Origin: Camelus ferus
Lineage: Eukaryota
Reading direction: 5' to 3'
NCBI RefSeq assembly: GCF_009834535.1
Contig: NC_045696.1
Coordinates: 86,306,001 to 86,370,000 of the forward strand
DNA: 64,000 nt
The first letter of the stretch is position 1; each line of letters begins with the position of its first letter. A program made the translations under genes and the position numbers. Shown one piece after another: positions 12,810 through 25,819 of the stretch. The notes under the pieces were generated by a model. That model was not told where the DNA came from and made no database searches. It was given only the letters and a program-made list of their open reading frames with translations.

Positions 12810-13740
12810 TGTATAAATAGGTGTTTACTGAGAACCTATCATGTGCCAGGCACCATATTAACTACAGAGAAAATAGTAATAACCAAGTGAGACACCTTCT
12901 GCTGTGTTTTGTGAATTGTTAAATGGGATGGACGTATTAAGGACAAGCAAAAAATGAAAAATAAATTATATTCAAGTTATGATGGGCTATGAAATGAAGC
13001 AAAAAGAGAGAGAGAGAACTGTGGGGATAAAAGATTGTGCTATATTATGGTTAGACAGGCTTCATAGAAATTCATAGTTAGAAATTGGGCTTGAAATGGA
13101 GAAGAGCTAATGATGCAAAGAATGGGGGAAAGAGCATTCCAAGCAAAAGGAACATCATATGAAGAAGCCATGAGTTGAGAAAGAGTTTTGAGTTTGACGT
13201 GTTTAAGAAACAGAGTATCAGTGTGCCTGTGGTTTAATTGCCTAAAAAGATAGAAGACACAAAACTGAAGGACTAGGAAGAACATTTATTTGGGGACTTG
13301 TATATTACAGAAAGATTGTTAGATTTTACTTTGAGGGCAGTGGGATGCTAGTGAAGGATTTAAAGTAAGTGAATTACATAATCCAGTTTATATTCGAAGG
13401 TTTCTTTGCCAGTAAGTATAGAATGGACTGAAGGAAGACAAAAGAGGAAAATTAGAATGCTGTTTCACTAGTCCGACAAAAGATAATAGTGGCCTAGACT
13501 AAGATGTCAGTGAAGAGTAAATAAACAGGATTTGTTCATGGATTAGCAAAGAAGAGTAGGGGAAAGGGAGAAAGATTCCTAGATTCCTACCATGGACCAT
13601 CTGGATGGATGGTAATATTACTCCATTCATTCACTGAGGTGAGAAACACCTGAGTCTGGAGTAAAGGGTATATTTGAATTGGAGAACCTAACATATTAAA
13701 TCTAATTCTAGAGATTTCAAATAAGCAGTTAAATATTTTC
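12810..13740 (-). mobile_element. L2 LINE fragment
   Basis: 'gtttactgagaacctatcatgtgccaggcacc', 'agagcattccaagcaaaaggaacatc', 'agattttactttgagggcagtggga' are typical antisense L2 motifs. Confidence 0.75.
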
Positions 13741-15351
13741 TCTTGAACATAACGTTTATAGTGACTACCATATATATAGATTATTCCTAATTTACTAGCT
13801 AGTGAATCCTTCAGATTTCTTATTATATTTAAAAAAGTGTATGAAAAAGGTGAGATCTCTTAAAAGAATGCCTGTAATATTTAGGGGTATAGATATTACT
13901 TATTTTACTTATTTTAAATTTTTATATTAAGGAATATTACATAATATAATGGGATTCATGAAACTTCTGTTTTATACCCATATCTGCCTCTACATTTGCT
14001 TGTGACTTTAACCTTATTTTACGTATATCATTTTTTAAATCCTTGAATTGAGAGTCTTGTACTAAATGAATTGCAGTTCCCCTCCCTTCCTGCTCTTATA
14101 TCCTAAGAGTGCATGATTTTATCTATCTATCCATCCATCCATCCACACATATATACACTTAAACAGTGTACTACAGAATTATACTATATATAATCACATG
14201 AACTATGTGATTAGTACATTGGTAGTGTAGTAAGTATCCATAGTGTAAAATTTTGTATGAAGTGAAGATATCTGAGACCTTAACAAAGATGGCTAACACC
14301 AACAAAGTTTCTTACTATCAGTTAATGACAGTGAGGAAATTTAGAGAAGTAACTTGTTCAACATTATAGAGACAGGGTTATCTCTCTGACAAATTTAATT
14401 CTAAAAATGAATGCTATTAACAATTATATACTACAGATACTAAATTCACAGTAGTCAGATATAGCTAGATCTGCAGTGATTTCTAATTTTCTATTATACT
14501 TGTGTGTGCGTGTATGTGTGTGTGTATAATATGGACTAAAAATACTTAATTTACTTGGCAAATATTGAATCCATTGTACACTCTCACTATGGGATATAAT
14601 TACTGAAAATCAAAATGCTGATAGAAGTCAATTCAGCTTTAAGTCTTGATTTCCTTGTCTACAAAATTAAAAGAAAAATATATACATAAATGTACATAAT
14701 TGGGGTGGAATCTAAGGCATCTTATAAATACACATACATACATATATATGCGTGTATACACATATACATTTTTTCCAAATATATTCAGATGTAATAGACT
14801 ATATCGAATGTATCCATATAAGTGTGACACTTGAGTCACTGGTTATTGCAAGCTGTGTTTTTAATTTACACCTCCTGGATTAAAATAGTTTCTTCAAGGG
14901 AAAGAGAAGTATTTGAACTCTCCCTAGGACCCAGTACATAAGCTTTCTTCACCATGGATTACCAAACAGGTTAGCAGTTAATGTCTTATAGGTTATTTTT
15001 TTCAGCATTATAAGAAAAACAATTAGCTAAGTATAAGCTATGTATGCCAGTAGATAAGTTTTAACTTGTGATAGCAAAGATACCTGTAAAATGAGGACAA
15101 GCACATTTTTCAATGATGGTATTCTGTGATCCAAAAGTCATTTAAATGTGCTGACAAAATCTATTTACACAACCACTAAAATACAGAAATTAGAATGTAT
15201 ATTTTTTACATGTATACATGTTACTTTTCATGAAATAAAATTTATCCTGGAAAATGTAGACCATATCTCCACCATGTCTGTAGCATATTACTGATACTTT
15301 TTTTTGTCCACCAAAACTTTTGCTTCCTCTTTTCCCTCCCTCAGAGGTATT

Positions 15352-15410
15352 ATAGTTATGTTTAATTTATTCATAGTTATGTTTAATTTTTTCATAGTTA
15401 TGTTTAATTA
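15352..15410. repeat. Tandem repeat, 21-bp unit x ~2.8
   Basis: atagttatgtttaatttattc / atagttatgtttaattttttc / atagttatgtttaatta. Confidence 0.9.
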
Positions 15411-16403
15411 ATGTTCCTTAGACTTCTCCCAAATACATTTATTTAAATATAATGCTTTTTGATTTTGTGATTAGGCTGTATTTCATTTTTAAATACATAA
15501 CACAAAGTGTCTCGTCATAGACCACAATTAATGTGGAAGTCACTTGTATTAAACTGATTAAGTAATGAAAGTGACAGAGAATAGCCAGTAAAGTGCCTAA
15601 ATAAAAGTCCCTACAATTCAATGGCATAAATAAGGTTTAAGAGCTTATCTTTAGTGTTTTTTTAGACACATATAAAAGAATGATCATCTCCTTAAGAGAT
15701 AAAAATAAGGTGGGTTAGCATCCCTTATTAATTGCAACCATTGCTCTTTTCTATAAAGGTTCATCTATAGCTAACTCCATGCATTTGTCTCCTAATTTAG
15801 AGTTGTCAAAACACAGGAAAGATTTATTATATTCTGTTTGGTCAGAAAACAAAAAAGTAACTTTTATACATTTTCATAAATTTTATATTGTATTAGTACC
15901 ACCAGGAAGGGAAGGGTAACCAGCATTAACTGAGCACCTACTCTGTGTAAGACACTGCCAGAAACTTTCACAACCCTTTCGGTAACCCAGGAAGTGGGCT
16001 TTTAAGTGCAAATTTTAAAATAAGAAAATCCAGAATGAGAATGGGAAATTTTCCCAAAATCATACAGGTAATATCAGAACATGGCTTCCTAATTTCAAAG
16101 CCATTTTTTTCCCATGACATATCATTAATTCTTCATGATTTTGTGGCCATTTGTTCAAACAATTATTTTAAATAATTAAGAAATTAGTAATAAATTATTC
16201 ATGTGAATATACAGCTTTTTAAAATTTACCTCCATCATAGCCTTTGTAACTCTCTTCTCTATCCCATGGTCTACTAGTCTTTCAGTACCAAACTCTTGGC
16301 TTCCTGAAGTTAGAGTGTAAAATCCTGAGGACTCAAGACAGGGCTACCCCATAGTGATGGTCATTCAAAAAAGAAAAGGACCATTTTTCAAAAGTAGGGA
16401 ATA

Positions 16404-16515
16404 AAGGCTACTCACTGCCTTCCAGTACCCCACCATCTCCACTGCCAGCCTCCAGTGTAACCAGCTTTAACCATCTAGTGCTTTTCTCTTGTGAGTTAGT
16501 TTTTAGCTGTCTGTG
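16404..16515 (+). repeat. Copy 1 of a local ~110-bp duplication; exon-like, GYSLPSSTPPSPLPASSVTSFNHLVLFS then GTGAGT
   Basis: Aligned by eye with 21180-21287; 11 substitutions in 85 nt before the donor; donor GTGAGT at 16491. Confidence 0.85.
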
Positions 16516-18135
16516 CTTTGTGACTCCTAAATTCCTTTCCCCAGTGATGTGTCAGTCTTTTAATTCTGCTTTTTATTTACATCAGCCATTTTAGTTGTCA
16601 CCATTGATGTAATTTCTTCCCACTGTACTTAACTTAAACTCAGTCATCATCATCATCTCTTTTCATCTACCCTAAACTCTCTTAACCCTCTTTCATTTCA
16701 TTTTTTTACCTCAGGGAAAATACAACACTGGCTAAATCTGATTCTCTAGTCACAGTGCACTTGCACCAAGCACAGAATCACACTGTCTGTTAAGAAAACA
16801 ACATGTAAAGCAACACAGTAAGCTGGATTGGGTGCTCATTGCTTAAAGCCATCAAATAGTTTTCACTTAGATGCCAAAAGGGCTGGGTGAAATAAACAAG
16901 GATGAGGATGGTAGAGGATGAAGTCAGATGTACAGTGAGGGGCTCATTTGTCAAAGCATGGTAGAGTACAAGAACTTCCCTCAACCACAGTGGCCTCCTT
17001 GCTGATTTTAAAATACACAAGCAGTTGTTCCATCTCAGAGCCTTTGAACAGATTGTTTCACTTCTTTGTGCTCTTTCCAAGGAGATGAGTCCATCACCTC
17101 CTCAGTTCTTTCAAAGGACACCTCCTTAATGAAGGCTAGCCTCATTTAAAAATGCAAGTGAGCTTCCTAATGAATTACAGAAATAAGGAATGGGCTTTAA
17201 GAGCCCACATGGTTGTGTTCCATTCACATCTCTGCTATGCCACTTCAAAGTCACCTGACAGTTAACAAGTTAATTTTTAAAAACTGCATTGGGTGGTATG
17301 TGTGTTTTGTAACTCTTTTATACTTCCATTTTTGATAGTTTGGGCACTGCAATATAGTACTTGTCTGTGAAAATGGTAGCAAAGTGTCAAGGTGCTAACA
17401 ATGCTTAATTTTAGATGGAAGGGATACAGATGATTATTATTTTATTTTACATTTTTCAATGTTATTTAAATTTCAGAAAATTTGCAAAACCTTATGTGAC
17501 TATATAACTGATCAAATATATTTTGTAAGGTCCAAGTCCTGTGTTCTTGTCCTAATTCTGTGGCATTATATATGACTAATCGTAAGCGGTCATTTCAGCT
17601 TTCCTGGGAAACCTGTTCTCACCCATAAAACGAGGTGGTTTTATTGGTGCTCTCTTGAGTTTCCTCTAGCTCTAAGCTCTGAGCTTAGGATCTCGCTAGA
17701 AATACTGCACCTGAATGAAAATGTAAATAAAGAATAATTTTAAAGTATGAGCGTGCTTGCTAGTAATTGAGATTGACGTCTTCAGATAATTGCTCTAACT
17801 TACTGGGGATTTACTCAGTTAGCGTTTCTGACCACTTGTAAGGAATGATTGTCAAGTGACAGAGTTACAGTTTCAAGTGTTATGACTTTAACACCTGGTC
17901 AGGGGGTGGGTGGCTGAGGAATAAAGAAAACAGTAATGCATTTCTGTCATTCTTAGTATTACAGAACAAGCCAAAAGGGGAAAACAATTCTGTACTACTA
18001 AGATTATGCTTACAATGCGAAGGAGCTTTACCAGATACCTGCTAGGAGAGGTATAACATCTCCCCATCCCTTCTTATTGTTGTTTTTCCCAATCAGCAAT
18101 TTTCCAAAGAGGCAAGAGATCTGAGACTGTAGTCT

Positions 18136-18705
18136 TGTATTCATTTTCGATTGCTAGGTAACAGATTATCCTAAATTTAGTGACTTAACATAGCACATAT
18201 TATTCTGCTTTGTGGGTCAGGATTCAGGGCATGATTTAGCAGGGTCTTCTGTTCAGGGTCTCACAAGGCTGTAATCAAGATGTCAACGGGGTTGCATTCT
18301 CTTCTGGAAGCGTGATTAGTAAAGGATACCCTTTCAAGTTCATTCAGATTGTTGGCGGAATGCATTTTCTTGCAGCTGTGTGACTGAGGGCCCAGCTTCT
18401 TACTGGCTTTTGGGTGAAGACTGTCCTCAGGTCCTAGAGACTGTCTGCCATTTCTTGGCATATGGCTTCCTCCATAGACAGGTCACATGGCTGTTTGCTT
18501 CTTCAAGGCCAACAGGAGAATCTCACACTCTAGTCTGCGAAGATGGAATCTTACACAGTGTGATATAATCACGCTAATGATAGCCTACCCCTTTTGTCAT
18601 TTTCTGTTGGTTAAAAACAGGTTGTAGATTCCACATACACGCAAAGAGAGGGAATTCACAAGGATCTAACTCACTGGAGGGTCACCATAGTGTATGTTCA
18701 CTACA
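18136..18705 (-). mobile_element. MLT1 (MLT1D/E-like) MaLR solo LTR
   Basis: 'tgctaggtaacagattatcctaaatttagtgacttaac', 'cagattgttggcggaatgcattttcttgcagctgtgtgactgagg'. Confidence 0.85.
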
Positions 18706-18992
18706 ATCCCCCAAGATGCCACAGATCATAGTTTGGGTTTGGAGAAAAATATTAGAGAATTAAAGAGATAACTTAACAGAACATCTAATCTAAATGCTAA
18801 TATTTCAGAAATTGGAAAACAGGCAGAAGGGAATAAGCTATAGCCTGAGATCTCATGCATTGAGTGGCAGAGCTGATTTTAAATTATAGTTGTCCTGACT
18901 CATCATCCATCCTGTAAATGAAAGCAGAGATTAAATTATATCATTGAATTAATGTATTTCCTATGATAACACATCACTAATTTTTCTATATA

Positions 18993-19320
18993 GAGTCATC
19001 CCTCAGTATCCAAGGGGATTGGTTCTAGGACGCAGGCAAGTGCTCAAGTCCTTCGTATAAAATGGTATAGTCTTTGCATATAGCCTAGCACATCATCCTG
19101 AGTACTTCAAATCATCCCTAGATTATTTCTAATACTTAATAAAATGCATATGCTACATAAATAGTTGTAAATACAATGTAAATTCTATGTAAACATTGCT
19201 AGTGTGCAGCAAATTCAAGTTTTGCCTTTCGAAACTTTCTGCAGTTTTTTCCCAACCATTTTTGAATTGCGATTGGTTGAATCCAAGGATGAGGCACCTG
19301 TGCCTGTAAAGGGCCAACTG
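18993..19320. mobile_element. MER2-like TcMar-Tigger MITE
   Basis: 'agtcatccctcagtatccaaggggattggttctagga...tggttgaatccaaggatg...agggccaactg' followed by TA. Confidence 0.85.
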
Positions 19321-21137
19321 TATGTTGATGGAAAATCAGGTTTCTATATATAGCATTTTACTTTTAAACAAATTTTAGAGTGCAGAAAATCAATCAGCAG
19401 TCATTTGTACTGCTGAAGGATTTTATTCTTGCCTGAACCTGAGCAGTGAACATTTTCTCTACGTACTGTATCCTGCTATTATTAAAGACAAAGCTTCAGC
19501 ACTAAAGTAACCATAGTTTAATTCTTCCTCATTTGACTTTTAGATAAGCAAATGTTCACTATTTAAATTAATGCTATTATAAGAAAATAACCTTATTCTA
19601 TGGTAAATACATTGCTAAAGGATTTGGAGTTTTGGTTTATGTATTTAAAATTTGATTTTTATGCCTTTTGAAACAGAAGTCTCTTAAAATTTTTAGTAAG
19701 CAATGAGGATGGCAACTTTAACATTATTACCAGTTAAAAATATTATAGTTTAATTTGTCCAGTGTTCTTGTTTTCTCTCAAAAGCCTTTTGTCTTTATAT
19801 CAACTGTTGTACAGCAAGTGAGACCAGGCCACACTGGTTATTTGTCTGCATGAAACAGCTTTATTCCACAGAATAGCAGAAGGACCACCTTTAATAACAG
19901 AAAAGTAGCACATGATGAAATGAAGAAGCAATGCATAACCTTTAACACAGTCAGATTTAGGCTTCTGTATATTAATGAGTCATATGACTTGCTGAAATTT
20001 AGGATATTTATAACCTACACTATATTGTCTCTGGCAAAAAAGAGGTTTTTGTCTAGTTCATTGGTGATCTGGAGAAGTTCTAAGTTCACCTAACAATTTT
20101 GTCAAATAGTGAAAGTGCAAAAAAATTTAGCTTTTTTTCCTGAATGTCCTAGGAAAATAAAATGTCTGTTGAGATTCTCCATTCAAGGAATAAAGAAGTA
20201 ATATCTTGTTATTTTTAATTTCTAAAGACAGGCATTCTGTTACGTACCAGTAGTGTTTTCAGAGTTAAGCAAGTTTTCCTTTCTTTCTTTTTTTTTTTTT
20301 TTTATAGTTTCTACTACAGTATGATGGGGAAAAAAGAAAAACATGGGTAAACATTTCTAAATGTGGTAAATGTTCAATATGTCTACACATTTTGTTACCT
20401 TTGTTAAAAAAAGTACCTGTGAAAATCAGTGGTGAGTTGTGTTTAATCTGCTCTGGTTACTGTCTTTACTAGATGTTATTCAGTGATTTAAACTGTCATG
20501 TTCCCTGCCTTCAATCATATTTTGGAAGGACTATTAAAATCCATGCAGCCGATTCAAACAATTCTTATAATAAAATAAGGGGAAACTGCTTGAAAAATGT
20601 TAGAGAGATGTCAAAAGTAACAGCTATACACTCTGATTTAGGATTTAATGGTAAATTTAGCATGAGTAGAGAGTTTTTATGATTCATATCCCTTGGATTG
20701 ATTTGAATATTTGAACACTTTTTTCTCCTTCATTGCAAATTATTTGTTCCTGAAAACCCTCACAAAAACAATTAGCTAGTGTGATTGGGAAGCATATGTT
20801 AACTGGTAAATGTTGAGACTTTAATGCATTGGTTAATGTAAATAAATAAGGAAAATTATAATTTCATTATAATTCTAAATATTAAAACATCAAATTGAGT
20901 CCTGTGGCTCATTAATTGTGTTATCAGTTAAATTTTCATGTCAAGAACTGTGAATAAAAGCAGACTGTTAAAAGTGGGCTAAAATTTTAAAAAGTTTTTA
21001 TGTAACATTTCCTATCATTAGAATACAAATAATAATTTGACAAAATTATCCAAGTCTCAAATATTGTTATTCATGAAATTTAAACTGTATATTTGCATCA
21101 TAAAAATTGGTTTTCAACATAGTACTGTAAAATATAG

Positions 21138-21266
21138 ATGTCCAAGGAAGTGAACTAAAGCATAATAAAGATATAAAACAAGGCTACTCATTGCCTTCCA
21201 ATACCCCACCATCTCCATTGCCAGCCGCCGATTTAACCAGCTTAAACCACCTCGTGCTTTTCTTTT
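21138..21266 (+). other. Candidate 129-nt symmetric (phase 1-1) exon, (D)VQGSELKHNKDIKQGYSLPSNTPPSPLPAADLTSLNHLVLFF; contains copy 2 of the duplication
   Basis: Open frame; donor GTAAGT at 21267; acceptor aaatatAG at 21136-21137 is weak (no pyrimidine tract). Confidence 0.35.
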
Positions 21267-22046
21267 GTAAGTCTTTAGCTGTCTGTGTCCATACACACAA
21301 CCTAGAATTTATCAATTAACCAGTGGATAACTGCCATGGAATATTATTTCCTCATTCATGAAGAGACTCTTCTATCTCTATAAAAAGTGTTGTTTTAAGG
21401 TAATAAAAATATATGCAATAAAGATAGGAATTAAATAAAACTAAATTTGGTTTAAATAATGCTAATGTAACACTAGATTTTTTTTTCAAGGTAGTCAACA
21501 ATGCCTTAGTGTTTATCTGTTTAAGACATAGATTGCCCTATCAAATTTGATTAGTGAGGAAATTCTTGTGTCATTTTCCTCTGACTGATTTGTTCTTAGG
21601 ATACTGGGGAAAAAAAACTGAGGAGTGAACATATACATAGATAATAGATATAATTATGTATTTTTTAAAGATAGCGATTTAAATATTTCTAAGAAATTAA
21701 ACTGAAAAGAACTGGTACTTCAGATTAAGTCACAATTTAAAAAAATTTTTCACTAAACATAAGTTGTTTGCATTTTATAAAAAATAATTTTTTAAGTGGT
21801 TACTAATTTCAGAGTTCAACTGACTTCAATCAGAAGCATTTCACAATTTATGTTATAATACTGTGAGAAAAACAAACAAAGTCATTTCTGAAGCCTATTT
21901 TAAAGACTGCTATAAATGAGAATAGTTCTAAAAGTCATGAAAACAGCTTGAACTCTAGTTTTTTCTTCAAAAGGCAAGATTTAGGAAAAGCAGTAGCCAG
22001 TATTCTAAATTTCATTTACAAGTGAACTTAAAGAATGAAAATATAT

Positions 22047-23460
22047 AATGAACCCACAAACTTTTGGTCAACTCATCTTCGACAAAGGAGGCAAGAATAT
22101 ACAATGGAATAAAGACAGTCTCTTCAGCAGATGGTGTTGGGAAAACTGGACAGCAGCATGTAAATCAATGAAGCTAGAACACTCCCTCACACCATATACA
22201 AAAATCAACTCAAAATGGATTAAAGACTTAAACATAAGACAAGATACAATAAACCTCCTAGAGGAAAACATAGGCAAAACATTATCTGACATACACTTCA
22301 AAAATTTTCTCCTAGAAGAAATAAAAGCAAGAATCAACAAATGGGACCTAATGAAACTTACAAGCTTCTGCACAGCAAAGGAAACCAGAAGTAAAACAAG
22401 AAGAAAACCTACAGAATGGGAGAAAATTTTTGCAAGTGAAACCGACAAAGGCTTGATCTCCAGAATATATAAGCAGCTCATACGACTCAATAAGAAAAAA
22501 ATAAACAACCCAATCCAAAAATGGGCAGAAGACCTAAACAAGCAATTCTCCAAGGAAGACATACAAATGATCAAAAAGCACATGAAAAAATGCTCCATAT
22601 CACTAATTATCAGAGAAATGCAAATCAAAACTACAATGAGGTATCACCTCACACCAGTCAGAATGGCCGTCATTCAAAAATCCACAAATGACAAATGCTG
22701 GAGAGGCTGTGGAGAAAGGGGAACCCTCCTACACTGCTGGTGGGAATGCAGTTTGGTGCAGCCACTATGGAAAACAGTGTGGAGATTCCTCAAAAGACTA
22801 GGAATAGACTTACCCTATGACCCAGGAATCCCACTCCTGGGCTTGTATCCAGAAGGAAATCTACTTCAGGATGACACCTGCACCCCAATGTTCATAGCAG
22901 CACTATTTACAATAGCCAAAACATGGAAACAGCCTAAATGTCCATCAACAGGTGACTGGATAAAGCAGAAGTGGTATATTTATACAATGGAATACTACTC
23001 AGCCATAAAAACCGACGACATAATGCCATTTGCAGCAACATGGATGCTCCTGGAGAATGTCATTCTAAGTGAAGTAAGCCAGAAAGAGAAAGAAAAATAC
23101 CATATGAGATCGCTTATAAGTGGAATCTAAAAAACAAAAACAAAAACAAACAAACAAACAAAAACAAAGCGTAAATACAGGACAGAAATAGACTCACAGA
23201 CAGAGAATACAGACTTGTGGTTACCAGAGGGGTGGAGGGTGGGAAGGGAAAGACTGGGATTTCAAAATTGTAGAAGAGATAAACAAGATTACACTGTATA
23301 GCACAGGGAAATATACACAAAATGTTATGATAACTCACAGAGAAAAAAATGTGACAATGAGTGTGTATATGTCCATGAACGACTGAAAAATTGTGCTGAA
23401 CACTGGAATTTGACACAACATTGTAAAATGATTATAAATCAATAAAAAATGTTAAAAAAA
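22047..23460 (+). mobile_element. Young 5'-truncated LINE-1 with intact ORF2 C-terminal 360 codons
   Basis: Uninterrupted ORF 22048-23130 with [18 protein letters not shown]; 3' UTR, AATAAA, A tail; perfect 16-bp TSD AAAGAATGAAAATATA at 22030-22045 and 23461-23476; TT|AAAG endonuclease site; retained CpGs. Confidence 0.98.
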
Positions 23461-23844
23461 AAAGAATGAAAATATAAATAAGGAATGTTTTGCTGCCTTA
23501 GAAGAGCAAGATGTAGATAGGGCTGTTGAGGTTTGTTTCAGAAAATGTTAGGATTTACTTCTCTGTGGCAGGACCAGAAGGCACAATTGTGGTGAATGGA
23601 GAAAAATACCTAAAAGAGGGGAAACAGCTGATAGCAATAAGGAAAATGAAAGGATTAAAAGAACCCGGGTCATATTCAGAGCTAGAAAGACATCCTACTC
23701 ACTGACCAAGTAATAAAAAAGGACCACATCACAAATGTTTCGTAAACAGTTCTTTATCAAGAGAAGGAAGGAGCTGAGTAGATCCTGAGGTGAGATAGAT
23801 GATTTCCTGGAAAGGCTTATTTTGAATGGCTGTTATCTAGCAGT

Positions 23845-24266
23845 TGTAACAGGGAAGAACCTTTGTGTTCTCTTACAAGTTAATCACTGAAGGGATGTGG
23901 CCAGTAAGCTTTAATTATATGTAATAACCCACCTCTGGGAACATCACCTCCCAGGTAATGAGCATTAAGCTAAAATATCTTTGTTTAGATCACAGAAAAC
24001 ACCCTGACCAGTCACACCTGTGAATGATGATGAAATTAACACATTCCCTCAGGAGTGTGGCCAGAACCAGGACTTTGTGCCCTCCCCTTTTAGCGTACAA
24101 GAAGCCTGAATTCTAACTCCTGGAAGGTGGTTTTTAGGACCTTTGTATGCCATCTTCTCAGTCTGCTAGCTTTCTGAGTAAGGGCACTATTTCTTTCCCC
24201 AACACCTAATCTCTCAATTGAATGGCCTGCCATGAGGCGAGCAGTACCAGGTTGGACTTGGTAACA
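23845..24266 (+). mobile_element. ERV1 solo LTR, MER41-like
   Basis: Starts TGTAAC, ends 'gaggcgagcagtaccaggttggacttggtaaca'; TG...CA termini. Confidence 0.8.
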
Positions 24267-25704
24267 GTACTGCTGGCAGTTTCTTCTTCTGAAACAGCAT
24301 AGCAAAGACCATTTCTAATTTTCAGAATAGCCTGAAGATTGTCAGACACTCATTTCAAAAACAATCTAGCTAGTACTGGAACTGGGATAAAATCTTATAC
24401 AAGAAGCAAGAGGAAGGAAGTTGAAGAAATGAAGACAACGTCTTGGTGTATATAAGCTGAATGATGTATCAGAATGAATGTTTTCATGTTATATAGTACG
24501 TCTCCTCCAGTTCTTGATTGTGACCATGTATTCACTTGAGCAGTATTATGCTGGATGTACCTGGGGGGTGTATAATGACCAGTACAGAATACTTTTTATC
24601 GGATTGTTCTAGTGAATCCCCAGCATAATTTTCAAGTAAATAATATTTTTAAACACTGTTCAAGGATGAGGTAAATTAAAAAACAATTTGTTAAAACTTT
24701 AAAAATTGATAAGGGTCATTAATAAAAAAAAAGTAAGTCCTATTTAAAATATTATCATCTTTTATAGGAAATTATTTGTTAAAGTATGCAAATACCAATT
24801 GGGAACCTGTGATACTGAGAATTGACTTTTAAACCAAATATAACAGGACATAAATCATAACATTAGTGTTACTATCAAAAAAAAATATTAAGCTAGGCTA
24901 GACTAGAGAATGTCAGAGAGGGACTGATGATCCATACTCATTGTGAAAAGGATGCACAAATAGTCTTCACTTCTGTTTGTTCTTAAACCAACAAACCACT
25001 TGTGCAAAGGCTATTCAGGCATAACCAGGAACACCAAAGTTGAACTGAAGAATGGTTAAGTGTAAGCAACTCTATTTTTCCTTTCACAGCCCCTTCACAA
25101 TTTACCCGGTGAATGATACCTATTTCTCTTGACTGCAAATGACTGCAAATAAACACGTCAGGAGGCTTCGTAATTACAGCAGGGTAAATTTTGATAATCA
25201 AAAGTCCTACAGTCACATTAACTAATAAAACAGACTCAAATTCAGCTGATCCTCATACAGCAGCAGCGTTCGTTCACCATTCTTCTTATGCAGAAGTTAA
25301 GCACTTGTCCACTAATTTCAGAGGATACAGACCAAAGTTTCTGAGTGGTCTCACTGAAGCCCATTTCTCTTGATTTTAATGAAGGAATCCCAGCACTCCC
25401 TTTTTGAGCGAGGTAGTGTTTAGTATGTAGCTTTCTCCAAACCAGTTCTCTCAAAAAAAAAAAATTCCTGCCTGAATCCCTAACAACCTGAGACTTTTAT
25501 AGCAGTAAAGGGAGGATTTCAAGACATATTTTTGAAATCTCCTTTTTGAAAGGTCTGCAGATTAGATCATCAGACACCTCACTTTGTACCTCGGTACTTC
25601 TACAGACCTTTCCAATTATTGCATACTAGTGAGTTGGTGCAGCTGCCTTATTTCCTCCTTAATCCCTTTGCATCCTCACCTGCTTTCACCTGCTCTATAT
25701 TCAG

Positions 25705-25819
25705 CAACCCAGATGCCCTGTTGAGCAAGCTGTTAAAGAAAGGCCAAGAAAGAAGCTGGTCACATCACCTCCCCACCTAAGGACAGCCCCCCATTATCAA
25801 GGCCTGAGGAACAAAAGAG
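25705..25819 (+). other. Candidate exon (115 nt), QPRCPVEQAVKERPRKKLVTSPPHLRTAPHYQGLRNKR
   Basis: Pyrimidine-rich acceptor ...ctttcacctgctctatattcAG; donor GAG|GTAATA at 25820; one frame fully open. Confidence 0.3.

Noticed and set aside
14191..14213. 9-bp inverted repeat taatcacat/atgtgatta
   Set aside because: Short AT-rich stem expected by chance in 64 kb
15352..15410. Short direct repeats as a CRISPR-like array
   Set aside because: Contiguous tandem units without unique spacers, in mammalian DNA
19785..19817. Possible 33-nt micro-exon (AG...GTGAGA)
   Set aside because: Too short, with only moderate signals; cannot be distinguished from chance
21114..21296. Minus-strand reading of the duplicated unit as an exon
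   Set aside because: The minus-strand donor GTGAGT is present only in copy 1 (ATGAGT in copy 2), whereas both copies keep a plus-strand donor
22068..22628. 186-aa hydrophobic minus-strand ORF and similar ones (4369-4746, 5734-6051, 58641-58988)
   Set aside because: Antisense shadows of L1 ORF2, a well-known source of spurious membrane-protein predictions
22048..23130. 360-aa ORF as a host gene
   Set aside because: It is the C-terminal part of L1 ORF2 inside a TSD-flanked, 5'-truncated insertion with no promoter or complete RT domain
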